From an uncultured virus (IMG/VR IMGVR_UViG_3300025674_000018) (taxonomy: Duplodnaviria > Heunggongvirae > Uroviricota > Caudoviricetes > Kyanoviridae), in IMG/VR virus record IMGVR_UViG_3300025674_000018: a DNA stretch of 64,000 nt; one strand, given 5' to 3'. Positions 9,590 through 18,194 of the stretch are shown here, piece after piece. The position numbers were made by a program, and so were the translations under genes. The notes beneath the pieces were generated by a model. That model saw nothing but the letters and a program-made list of their open reading frames with translations. It was not told the DNA's origin and did not search any database. Within the stretch, counting starts at the first letter, position 1. Each line of letters begins with the position of its first letter.

Positions 9590-9942
9590 TGACAACACCC
9601 AACTGGCAACACCATTCTAAGAAAGAAGCAAAGCGCACCTTGAAACCTCAGGCACTGCGCCAAGCGAAGAAGCGTCGTGCTGCCCTCAAGGCAAAACTAC
9701 TTGCTGCTTCGGTGGTGCTAGTTGGGTTTGCATCTCCTGCTCAAGCAGTAACCTGGAAAGAGTTTTGGGAGCCTTTCACTGAGGACCATCACCACCATCA
9801 CCACCATCATTACTCACGCCCAAGACCTCAAAGGGTCTGCTACAGGCAGGAGTATCGTGAAGAATACATCCCAGGCAACAGTCATACCCCAGGTTACGTC
9901 AGGGTATACCGAGACAAGGTTAGAATTCCTTGTGGGTGGTAA
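9589..9942 (+). CDS. Hypothetical protein: basic N-terminus, signal-like segment, His8 tract
   Basis: Overlaps the gp32 stop; followed by a terminator. Confidence 0.65.
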   Translation: MTTPNWQHHSKKEAKRTLKPQALRQAKKRRAALKAKLLAASVVLVGFASPAQAVTWKEFWEPFTEDHHHHHHHHYSRPRPQRVCYRQEYREEYIPGNSHTPGYVRVYRDKVRIPCGW

Positions 9943-9965
9943 AACAAAAATGACTTTTCGATTAC

Positions 9966-9999
9966 AAATACCCCGCTAAAAAACGCGGGGTATTTTTTT
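9966..9999. terminator. Terminator between convergent genes, possibly bidirectional
   Basis: AAATACCCCGC-taaaaaac-GCGGGGTATTT plus T-run. Confidence 0.8.
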
Positions 10000-10021
10000 G
10001 CCCCCAGGGTTTTTTAGAAAA

Positions 10022-10936
10022 TCAGTATCCGTTAGTATTCGTTTGAGTATTGCCCACACTACTTGCAGACTGATTGGTGGCAGCATCAGTAGATGTGAGA
10101 GTAAACGATCCAGCGGCTGAGAAGGGATCCAGTGTAGAGGAAGCGTCAGTAAATCCAGTAACTGCCTCTGCAGTGCTACTATAGACTCTATTAGTAAATT
10201 GCTGATCTGCGAGGAAGTTGATACTTGGCGTTTTTCCAATATCTGAGGTATATACCTCTTTCTTCGCTGTGAAGTTTTCTTCGACAACTTGGAATGTCGT
10301 CTTCACACCAGTTTCTTCGTCAACTTCATCACTCGGCAGATATTGCGTGAGTTGGAAGAATTCCTCTTTGAAGTCATTTAGGTAATCACGCTTGAGAATG
10401 TAAACCATGCGTTTTCTCTCATTCTCAAACATTTCATGCTCGTAGTATGAAATGGGTCTTATTAACTGTTCTCTAGGAACGACTGTGCCGTCAGATCTGG
10501 TATATGTGAAGGTATCGGACACCTCCAAATCTGCAGGCACTAAAACCATACCATTGCTATGTTTGACTTCTTGAGTCACATAATGATGCACACCACCCAA
10601 TTGGTCATCAGAGGTAAAACCATACTTTCTCTTGACAATCTCGTATAACTCAGTTTCTGTAACTGGCCAATCTTGGTAGATATTGATGATATTATTGCAC
10701 AACAGAATAACCCAGTCATACTGAGTTGTGCCATAAAACTTCTGACTCAGTTGATCTGGTCTTTCGCCGTTTTTGATGTAATACTTCTCGAAACCGAGGA
10801 TAATGTCAGTGAGGTTATCTCTGATTTTGATCCTTCTGAAAAGATTTTTCGCTCTGTAGTATGGGCTAGTGCTATCATTCCTAAACCCAGTTTTGCGAAT
10901 ATTAACCTCTGGGAGATATGTAAAATATTTGCTCAT
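10022..10936 (-). CDS. gp53: Baseplate wedge protein gp53
   Basis: KNLFRR, GERPDQLS..FYG...DWVILL.NNI, HHY. Confidence 0.88.
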   Translation of the reverse strand: MSKYFTYLPEVNIRKTGFRNDSTSPYYRAKNLFRRIKIRDNLTDIILGFEKYYIKNGERPDQLSQKFYGTTQYDWVILLCNNIINIYQDWPVTETELYEIVKRKYGFTSDDQLGGVHHYVTQEVKHSNGMVLVPADLEVSDTFTYTRSDGTVVPREQLIRPISYYEHEMFENERKRMVYILKRDYLNDFKEEFFQLTQYLPSDEVDEETGVKTTFQVVEENFTAKKEVYTSDIGKTPSINFLADQQFTNRVYSSTAEAVTGFTDASSTLDPFSAAGSFTLTSTDAATNQSASSVGNTQTNTNGY

Positions 10937-11970
10937 TACTCAGACTCCCCCGTTTCAGTTTCTGTTGTTTCCTTATTATCCTCACCTTCTTTATCATCAT
11001 CACCAATTTTGAGTTGATCAAAATTCCACTCACCATTACTGTTATATTCAAAGTTTGGATCGTAGTCATTCTTGGTGAGCAGACCCGTTTCGGCAAATGT
11101 TAGACCGATCTGATAAGACACAGGACCGTAATCTACTGTTTTATCGCCAAAATGACTCATCAAGCTTGCATAGTTTCCATCAGGTGAATAATCAATCGAC
11201 ATGTCCTTAAGGACCATTTTCTTGGGAAACTTAAACAGGTTAGACAACCCTGCTGCGTTACCTTGGGGTTTGCTGATCTTCTCCTTTCCACCATCATCGC
11301 TATATCTAACGATGGACAGTCTAAAGAAGTCAGGAATAGTCAACCAAGTGCCAGTATCGCCACCCTTACCAGGGAGCATTGCCAGTCTGAGTGTCTGAAT
11401 GATCTCTTGAATCACTGCAACGTCAGGACCATCTTTGGGCACAAGTTTCATGTTGAAGTTATGTGTCCTGAAATTCATCCCTTCAAATGTAGTCTCTTCA
11501 TAGGGATTGAAAACTCTTTTCTGAGTCAAAGCAGACAGACTGTTTGCGCTTAGATTTGAAGATCCGCCTGTAAGACTAACAACTGTGTTAATAGCATCAG
11601 ATCCCATTTTGAATCCGAGTTGTGCCTTACCTGATTGTGCAGCACCTTTAATCTGCTCAGTGAAGTCACCTTCACCATTCACCATACCAATTGCCTTAGC
11701 ACCTACAGCACCTAGTTTCTGGTTGGTGTAATTTGTGCTATACTGCTCAGCAAGCTTGTTTGGCAAGTATAAATAAATTGTCTTCGCAATAGTACCATCG
11801 TCCTTAGCCCCAATATTGTTATACGGGTTATTTGCTTGACTATCGTAGATGTCAATCTTCAAATAATCGATAACAGTAGTGGGATACGCTTCTTGTCTAG
11901 AGATCTTGCCTCTCAGCTCAGATTGCGTAGCACCATATGGTTTAGCTCTAGGAAAGATAAGGAGAGACAT
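10936..11970 (-). CDS. gp48: Baseplate tail-tube cap gp48
   Basis: IYLYLP, FNPYEETTFEGMNFRTHNF, LTFAET. Confidence 0.85.
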   Translation of the reverse strand: MSLLIFPRAKPYGATQSELRGKISRQEAYPTTVIDYLKIDIYDSQANNPYNNIGAKDDGTIAKTIYLYLPNKLAEQYSTNYTNQKLGAVGAKAIGMVNGEGDFTEQIKGAAQSGKAQLGFKMGSDAINTVVSLTGGSSNLSANSLSALTQKRVFNPYEETTFEGMNFRTHNFNMKLVPKDGPDVAVIQEIIQTLRLAMLPGKGGDTGTWLTIPDFFRLSIVRYSDDGGKEKISKPQGNAAGLSNLFKFPKKMVLKDMSIDYSPDGNYASLMSHFGDKTVDYGPVSYQIGLTFAETGLLTKNDYDPNFEYNSNGEWNFDQLKIGDDDKEGEDNKETTETETGESE

Positions 11971-11973
11971 CTA

Positions 11974-12408
11974 ATGAGTTACTCAGGACGATACAGACCT
12001 TCAAATCCAACAAAATATAAGGGTGATCCTACAAATATTATTTATAGAAGTTTGTGGGAGAGAAAATTCATGGTTTGGTGCGACAAAAATGAAAATGTCT
12101 TGGAGTGGGGCAGTGAAGAGATTATCATCCCCTACATTAGTCCTGTTGACGGTAGGGTTCATCGTTATTTTCCAGACTTCTATGTTAGAGCAAGGACCAG
12201 GGACGGAAGGTCTACGAAGCTCATTATCGAAGTTAAACCAAAGTCGCAGACTCATCCCCCCAAAAAGCAAAAAAGAGTAACAAAGAAATATCTAACAGAA
12301 GTCAAGACCTATGCTGTCAATGATGCGAAATGGAAGGCAGCAAGAGAATATTGTGCAGATCGTAAAATGAGTTTTGTGATCCTCACAGAAAAAGAGTTAA
12401 AGGTATGA
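11974..12408 (+). CDS. gp4: Head completion nuclease gp4
   Basis: YRSLWE, WGSEE, HRYFPDF, IEVKP, NDAKW; start at ATG 11974. Confidence 0.9.
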   Translation: MSYSGRYRPSNPTKYKGDPTNIIYRSLWERKFMVWCDKNENVLEWGSEEIIIPYISPVDGRVHRYFPDFYVRARTRDGRSTKLIIEVKPKSQTHPPKKQKRVTKKYLTEVKTYAVNDAKWKAAREYCADRKMSFVILTEKELKV

Positions 12409-12887
12409 CCCTATTTAAGGACGTAAAAGACCTCACTGGAGGAAAGAGAAAGTCAAAAGACTGGTATCGCAATCAGGTAAGATTTGGTGCCACCCCTTTC
12501 GATGGTCAGTTTACTCCTGGAAAGATTCTGATGTTTAATTATGGAGCGGCAACCCCAGATTTGCCCTTTTATGACACTAATCCACTGATGATTATTGTTA
12601 AGGCAAGTGAGAGTAACGGCACGTTTGAAGGTGGCAATATTCACTACCTGAGACCAGCCAGAAGAAAGGATGTAGGTGATTTGTGGTATCAGACTGGTAC
12701 ACGCTACTACCCTAAGCGTTGCCATCATAAATACTTTATGTCTAATGCTAGTGGAATATACCAGTTTAAGACGAGTGATTTTGAAGATTATGTGCCACTA
12801 CCCCTTGAGCAATTTGTCTTAAGGAAACCGACCATTGGACTGACAATGCCAGTCCCAAGCAATGTAATCTGGAGCCGATTGACGTAA
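12405..12887 (+). CDS. gp2: DNA end protector gp2-like protein
   Basis: LPFYDTNPL, GGNIHYL, HKY, PLEQF. Confidence 0.7.
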   Translation: MTLFKDVKDLTGGKRKSKDWYRNQVRFGATPFDGQFTPGKILMFNYGAATPDLPFYDTNPLMIIVKASESNGTFEGGNIHYLRPARRKDVGDLWYQTGTRYYPKRCHHKYFMSNASGIYQFKTSDFEDYVPLPLEQFVLRKPTIGLTMPVPSNVIWSRLT

Positions 12888-13681
12888 TGTCTGCTATTCT
12901 CAATCCAAATGATTTCGGTAAATTTGCCGATCTAATAGGTTCAGGTGATAAGACTCCCTCTAGATCTAACCTATTTGAGATCGTCATCGATCCTCCTCCT
13001 GCAATGTATTCTGCTGGCGGAAGATTCGGCAAAGCATTGGATAGTATCAATAAGGAAACGGCAAGTAAGTCATTAGAGGTATCCTCGAAAGATTATTACG
13101 ACTATATCAACTATTTTGCAGATTCCGTTACTGTCCCTGGAAGAAGACTGACAGTTGGATCTGTTAGAGATGTTGGTGCGATGCGTAGATTTGCCACAGA
13201 TACGAGTTTCTCGGAAATGCAAATCTCCTTCCTTGTGACTCAAGATTATTGGCACAGGAAGTTTTTTGAGCGTTGGATGAATTTCGCTGCATCTGACGCC
13301 GAAAATAGAGTCAACTTCTACCGAGAGTATGTCACAACTATCAAAATCATCAAGTGGGAAGTGGCATCCAACTATGTTGGCGTAAACAGAAAGAATGGTA
13401 AAACTTATAGAAGTCGCTTAAATGGCGTCACAGGTGCTTGGACGCTATATGGCGCATTTCCTTTCGATATGTCTTCTCTATCCCTAAATAATGGACCCAC
13501 TGACTTATTGAAACTGGATATTTCTTTCTATTATGAGAGATATCGTTTTGATACTGTCAACGGTAGGAAGATGTTTAGTGGTACTGAGAAGGACCGAGAG
13601 CTTTCCATGGAGAGTGCCAATGTATTGGGAGCACTCATGATCGACCCACAACTGACAGGCATTACCGCTGTTGGTATCTAA
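12887..13681 (+). CDS. Tail-tube initiator gp54 / gp19-like protein
   Basis: SRSNLFEI, PGR, FERWMN, LYGAFP; syntenic position. Confidence 0.7.
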   Translation: MSAILNPNDFGKFADLIGSGDKTPSRSNLFEIVIDPPPAMYSAGGRFGKALDSINKETASKSLEVSSKDYYDYINYFADSVTVPGRRLTVGSVRDVGAMRRFATDTSFSEMQISFLVTQDYWHRKFFERWMNFAASDAENRVNFYREYVTTIKIIKWEVASNYVGVNRKNGKTYRSRLNGVTGAWTLYGAFPFDMSSLSLNNGPTDLLKLDISFYYERYRFDTVNGRKMFSGTEKDRELSMESANVLGALMIDPQLTGITAVGI

Positions 13682-13708
13682 ATAGAATTAAGATAATGGT
13701 GACTTATT

Positions 13709-14419
13709 ATGCCTTTGCCTAAACTTGCATTGCCCGAGTATGACTTGGTGATGCCCCTTACAGGGAGAAAACTTACATATCGCCCCTTCCTCGTGAAGGA
13801 AGAGAAACTCCTCTATCTTGCTATGGAATCCAAGAATGAGAAGGAGATGATCAAGGCGGTCAAAACTATCATTAAAAACTGCACAAACCTTAAAGAGAAT
13901 GAGGTTGAGGGACTTGCCACTTTTGAAGTGGAATACATCTTCCTCAGAATTCGTGGTAAAGCAGTTGGTGAAGTGAGTGAATTTAAGGTCACTTGCCCAG
14001 ATGATGAAGTAACTCAGGTTGAAGTGCAGATTCCCCTGCAAGACGTTGAGATTGATGTGCCTGAGGGTCATGACACTAAGATCATGTTTGACAAGAAAGT
14101 TGGCGTGATCATGAAGTATCCTTCGCTGGATGTATTCGTCAATCAGAATATGACAGAAGGCGATGTTGGTATTGATGACATCTTTGAGCTTGCGGCAGGT
14201 TGTATTGCCCAAGCATTTGATGAAGATGAGACTTATGACAGCTTCACCAAAAAGGAAGCAATTGATTTCCTGGAGTCTCTGAATTCTGATCAGTTTGCTA
14301 AGGTCCAAAACTTCTTTGAGACTATGCCTAAACTGAGATATGAAATGACTGTGAGAAATCCCAAGACCAAAAAAGATAATGAGATTGTGTTTGAGGGATT
14401 GGCGTCTTTTTTCGCATAG
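13709..14419 (+). CDS. gp26: Baseplate hub subunit/chaperone gp26
   Basis: MPLPK, YRPFLVKEEK, EYIFLRIRGKAVGE, ends EGLASFFA. Confidence 0.88.
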   Translation: MPLPKLALPEYDLVMPLTGRKLTYRPFLVKEEKLLYLAMESKNEKEMIKAVKTIIKNCTNLKENEVEGLATFEVEYIFLRIRGKAVGEVSEFKVTCPDDEVTQVEVQIPLQDVEIDVPEGHDTKIMFDKKVGVIMKYPSLDVFVNQNMTEGDVGIDDIFELAAGCIAQAFDEDETYDSFTKKEAIDFLESLNSDQFAKVQNFFETMPKLRYEMTVRNPKTKKDNEIVFEGLASFFA

Positions 14420-14616
14420 CACTGCTGCATGATAATCTTGAGAATTACTACAAGACTAATTTTGCCCTGATGCAGCACCATAAGTATTCTCTAACAGAAT
14501 TGGAGGATATGATACCTTGGGAAAGAGATGTGTATGTGAATCTTCTCCTTGCTTTCCTACAAGAAGAAGAGCGTCGTCGTAATAGCGAAAAGAATAGCAA
14601 CCGAATCTCACTCTAA
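14407..14616 (+). CDS. gp51: gp51-like hub assembly domain in the -1 frame (first ATG at 14470; probably reached by frameshift)
   Basis: Frame reads HDNLENYYKTNFALMQHHKYSLTELEDMIPWERDVYV; absent from the ORF track. Confidence 0.8.
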   Translation, partial: FFRIALLHDNLENYYKTNFALMQHHKYSLTELEDMIPWERDVYVNLLLAFLQEEERRRNSEKNSNRISL

Positions 14617-17600
14617 TGGCAATAATCAGGTCATACCTAAAAGTTAAACCGTTTAAGGCTGTCACCAAAACAGGGCAAAATTTTAATGCCCTTCGGTTGT
14701 CTGTGAATCGCATTGGAGGCACGACCACAGGTATTGGTAAAAGTATTGAGAGCATGTATGAGTTGCTCAAGTTTCAAAATGAATTCCTGAATACAACTCA
14801 CAATCAAGCAATCGAGACTGACAAGAATAGGGTAAAGAATAAAAAGTTACTCAAGTCTAAACTTGCGAAGGAAGAAAATAAGAATACTCAGAAACTCAGA
14901 AGGGATTCATCTGCTAAGTTAGCAGTTGATCGCGGCAAGAAAGATGCTGGGAAGGTTGAGGATAAAAAGAAGGAGTTAAAACCTGTCAAGACATTCCTAG
15001 AAAAGATTGCAGGATTCTTCAGTGCAATCTTTGGTGCCTTCCTGGCATTTGGTGCCCTAGATTACATAGAGAAAAACGCAGATAAGATAGTAAAGGTAAT
15101 CCGACTATTTGTTGCCATTGGTAAGTTTGCCTACAAGATTACCAAGTTTGGTGTGTTCGCTGTTATGGACGGACTCACCAACATGTTTGGTGACCATAGT
15201 GCCAAGGGAATCAAGGAGAATGGAGTCAAGCGTGGACTTCGATTTGTATTTGGTTTCTTACAACTAACAGGAGGTCTCCTGGTCCTTAGATACCTAACTG
15301 GACCCTGGAGAATCCTTACAGATATCAAGTTTATTATCGGTGCATTCTCTGCAGTCAAGCAGACAGAGAATCAGGTTACCGATCAGCAGGAAAGGACTAG
15401 AGGCGGATATTTCGATAAGGAAACTGGCAAATTCTACTCTAAGCAAGAGTATGAAGCCATGCGTAGGGCACAAAAGCCTGGCGTGATGGGACGTGGATTA
15501 AACAAAGTTAAGGGTTTTGGTAGTAAGGTAAGTGCGAAGTTAGGTGGTGGTGCTGGACTGCTGTCAGCGGGTATGTCCGTTGTGGGTGGTGTTGGACGCA
15601 TCATGGAAGGCGACCGTGAGGGCGAGGAGAAGGGCACTGCGGTCGGTGCTGGCGTCGGTAAGGCAGTTGGTGGCATTGCTGGTGCAGCACTGGGCACAGC
15701 GTTTCTGACCCCCTTCCTGGGTCCGTTTGCTCCCATGGTGGGAGGATTCATCGGTGACTTCCTGGGTGAGTTTATTGGTGGTCAGATTGGACCCCTGATC
15801 GAGCCTATTTTTGGACCGATCAAGCGTTGGTTTGGCATGGGGATGGAAATCTTCAAGGCAGTCTTTGATCCCCTTCTGAAAGAGATTGGACCTTTCTTCA
15901 GTGCATTCTTTGGTGCAATAGGTAAGGTCGTCGGATTCGTAATGCAATTCGTCGGTCCCATCATGAAGTTTGTGGGATTCATTATTGGCGAAGGAGTTAA
16001 GACAATCTTCAAGATAATGTCTTTCCAATTCAATGTGATTAAGAATATTGTCAAATTTGCCATGAATCCGATTGGATTTGCTTGGGATGTAATTAGAGGT
16101 AAGAATCCTGGTGATGGTGTTGATCTAAAACAAGCAGCAAACCAGAAAGCAGCACAACAGAAACCAAATGTTGAGCAGTTTGCTGGTGGTGGTAAGGTTG
16201 TTGTCCCAGATATAGTCACACCCAAGATGATGATGGGTGGTCCTCTCGGCAACCCGATGATGATGGGTATGGCAAACCCACTGGCAACGTTTGATCTTGT
16301 TGGAAATGGTCTAACATCTGCCATTCTTGCTGGCGTTAATGCTTTTGGATTTGTTGCTCCTGATGTTTCTAGAGTAATTGCTCAGGATATTGCTAGGATA
16401 CAATCAGTATTTGGATCCGCTGCTCCTGCTGCATCAGGTGGCACATCACTGGGCACACTTGCGAGATCTGGTGATCTCGGTAGCACGAAGGATGTTAAAT
16501 CCAAGGAGGATAGTAAATACGAATCAACTCGAAATATTCTCGGTGGTAGTGGCAACTCTCTGGTCGGATTGCTTAAGAAGGCAGTTGAGGCTGCAGCAAA
16601 TCAGAAAAGTGGTGGTAGACGCAGTGCAGGCAATAATCAAAGTGGACCTTCAACAGCAGGTCCGACTGACTTCAGCGCAGAAATAACTGATGATGAAAGA
16701 GCAGCACTAGGCGTGCTTGCCAAATATGAGTCTGGTGCTGCTGGATATAATGCTGTCAACCAGGGTGGCAGCAATAACGGGCGTGGAGTGCTTGGTTTCT
16801 CTGGCAACATTATGGATGCACCTTGGAATCCTTCAAAGACACCACTTACCGATATGACTGTCGGTGAGATAAAACAAAGACAGGCAGAACAGACTCCAAG
16901 ACAAACTTGGGCGCAGTGGCAGTCGTCTGGTAAATTACACGCCGTTGGTAGATATCAGTTTGTTGGAAATACACTCCCAGGAGTGGCTTCCCGTGCTGGT
17001 GTCACTGATGACATGAAATTTAATAACACGGTTCAAGATAAGATGGCGATCCAACTCATTAAGGAGAGAGGGATACAGCCTTGGGTTGGACCTAGCGATA
17101 AAGCAACTGCTGCTGAAAGAGAATTGGTGAGAAAAGTCCAGTTTGCTGCAGCTGGCGGTAGGATAAGAAGAAGCGGTCGTTTTGGCATGGGGGAGCCCAC
17201 AGACATAAAGGTATATGAAAAGATACAGCAAGATATAGATGCGAAGCGCACAACTGACAAACCGAGGAAATTTTTTGCTGCAGGTGGTCTACTCGCCACC
17301 AATGGATCTGTATCTGATGTGCGTCTGTCGCCACAAACACCATTTAGTAGTTACCCACTTCACCACAATAAACCCGATACACATTCATACAACAATCATA
17401 GATTGGGTGGTCCTCCTATTGTTCCGAGAGATTATGTTGCAGTCAGGGACTGGGGCAATCAAGGTCTGGATAGAGGCACTCCAATTGTTGCTGGCGTAAG
17501 CGGTAAAGTAACCCATGCAGGTGGATCCCACAATACTGTCATTATTTCTTCAAATGGCAAGGAAAGAATGCAGTTCCACCACTTTGATGCGATCAAGACA

Positions 17601-18194
17601 AGTGTTGGACAGATGGTTGATGCTATGACTGTAATTGGATTACAGGGTAATATGCCATCAGGATCTGTGCATGTCCACTTGGATGCAACTCCAAGTGACC
17701 ATAGAGCATTTGCTGCTGCTCAACTTGGCGCTACATACGATCCAGATACAATGAAAGAAGGAAGCTCAACTCCTGCTGGTGACAATAGTGGTGGTGGGGA
17801 CGTTGATGAAGAGCCAGAAAAACCAGATACTATTGAGAATAGAATCGCTACTCTCAATGAGGCTCTTGCTAAATTTAGTGAAGCGATGAAGTCTGGTAAG
17901 GCACCACCGCTAGATAAGGATAAGTTAAAGGGCGAAGGACCTAAAACAGATCCAGCAAAAGCAAATCCTGAAGTGACTGCTGGATCTTCGAGTGATGTTA
18001 AATCTAAGCAAGCAGAAGCATTGCAAAAATCAGAAGCTGAAAGGAAGGAGCGTGAGCGTGCGCGTGCTAAGAGCACTAGACCTACCCTCGTGCCTGTGCC
18101 GATAAATAACGGTAGTGGTCAGCAACCCCCATCGTCGGGAGGAAAACCGACCAAACAGATTATGACTCCGACAACACCAGGACTGCATAGATAA
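14616..18194 (+). CDS. Tape-measure-like protein with lysozyme-like and M23 peptidase-like domains
   Basis: Helical N-terminus, hydrophobic Gly/Ala helices, YESG..GYNAVN...AVGRYQF, HxH in HVHLD. Confidence 0.7.
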   Translation: MAIIRSYLKVKPFKAVTKTGQNFNALRLSVNRIGGTTTGIGKSIESMYELLKFQNEFLNTTHNQAIETDKNRVKNKKLLKSKLAKEENKNTQKLRRDSSAKLAVDRGKKDAGKVEDKKKELKPVKTFLEKIAGFFSAIFGAFLAFGALDYIEKNADKIVKVIRLFVAIGKFAYKITKFGVFAVMDGLTNMFGDHSAKGIKENGVKRGLRFVFGFLQLTGGLLVLRYLTGPWRILTDIKFIIGAFSAVKQTENQVTDQQERTRGGYFDKETGKFYSKQEYEAMRRAQKPGVMGRGLNKVKGFGSKVSAKLGGGAGLLSAGMSVVGGVGRIMEGDREGEEKGTAVGAGVGKAVGGIAGAALGTAFLTPFLGPFAPMVGGFIGDFLGEFIGGQIGPLIEPIFGPIKRWFGMGMEIFKAVFDPLLKEIGPFFSAFFGAIGKVVGFVMQFVGPIMKFVGFIIGEGVKTIFKIMSFQFNVIKNIVKFAMNPIGFAWDVIRGKNPGDGVDLKQAANQKAAQQKPNVEQFAGGGKVVVPDIVTPKMMMGGPLGNPMMMGMANPLATFDLVGNGLTSAILAGVNAFGFVAPDVSRVIAQDIARIQSVFGSAAPAASGGTSLGTLARSGDLGSTKDVKSKEDSKYESTRNILGGSGNSLVGLLKKAVEAAANQKSGGRRSAGNNQSGPSTAGPTDFSAEITDDERAALGVLAKYESGAAGYNAVNQGGSNNGRGVLGFSGNIMDAPWNPSKTPLTDMTVGEIKQRQAEQTPRQTWAQWQSSGKLHAVGRYQFVGNTLPGVASRAGVTDDMKFNNTVQDKMAIQLIKERGIQPWVGPSDKATAAERELVRKVQFAAAGGRIRRSGRFGMGEPTDIKVYEKIQQDIDAKRTTDKPRKFFAAGGLLATNGSVSDVRLSPQTPFSSYPLHHNKPDTHSYNNHRLGGPPIVPRDYVAVRDWGNQGLDRGTPIVAGVSGKVTHAGGSHNTVIISSNGKERMQFHHFDAIKTSVGQMVDAMTVIGLQGNMPSGSVHVHLDATPSDHRAFAAAQLGATYDPDTMKEGSSTPAGDNSGGGDVDEEPEKPDTIENRIATLNEALAKFSEAMKSGKAPPLDKDKLKGEGPKTDPAKANPEVTAGSSSDVKSKQAEALQKSEAERKERERARAKSTRPTLVPVPINNGSGQQPPSSGGKPTKQIMTPTTPGLHR

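Noticed and set aside
11836..11973. N-terminal extension of gp4 in the track
   Set aside because: Overlaps gp48 on the other strand; gp4 similarity starts at MSYSG (11974)
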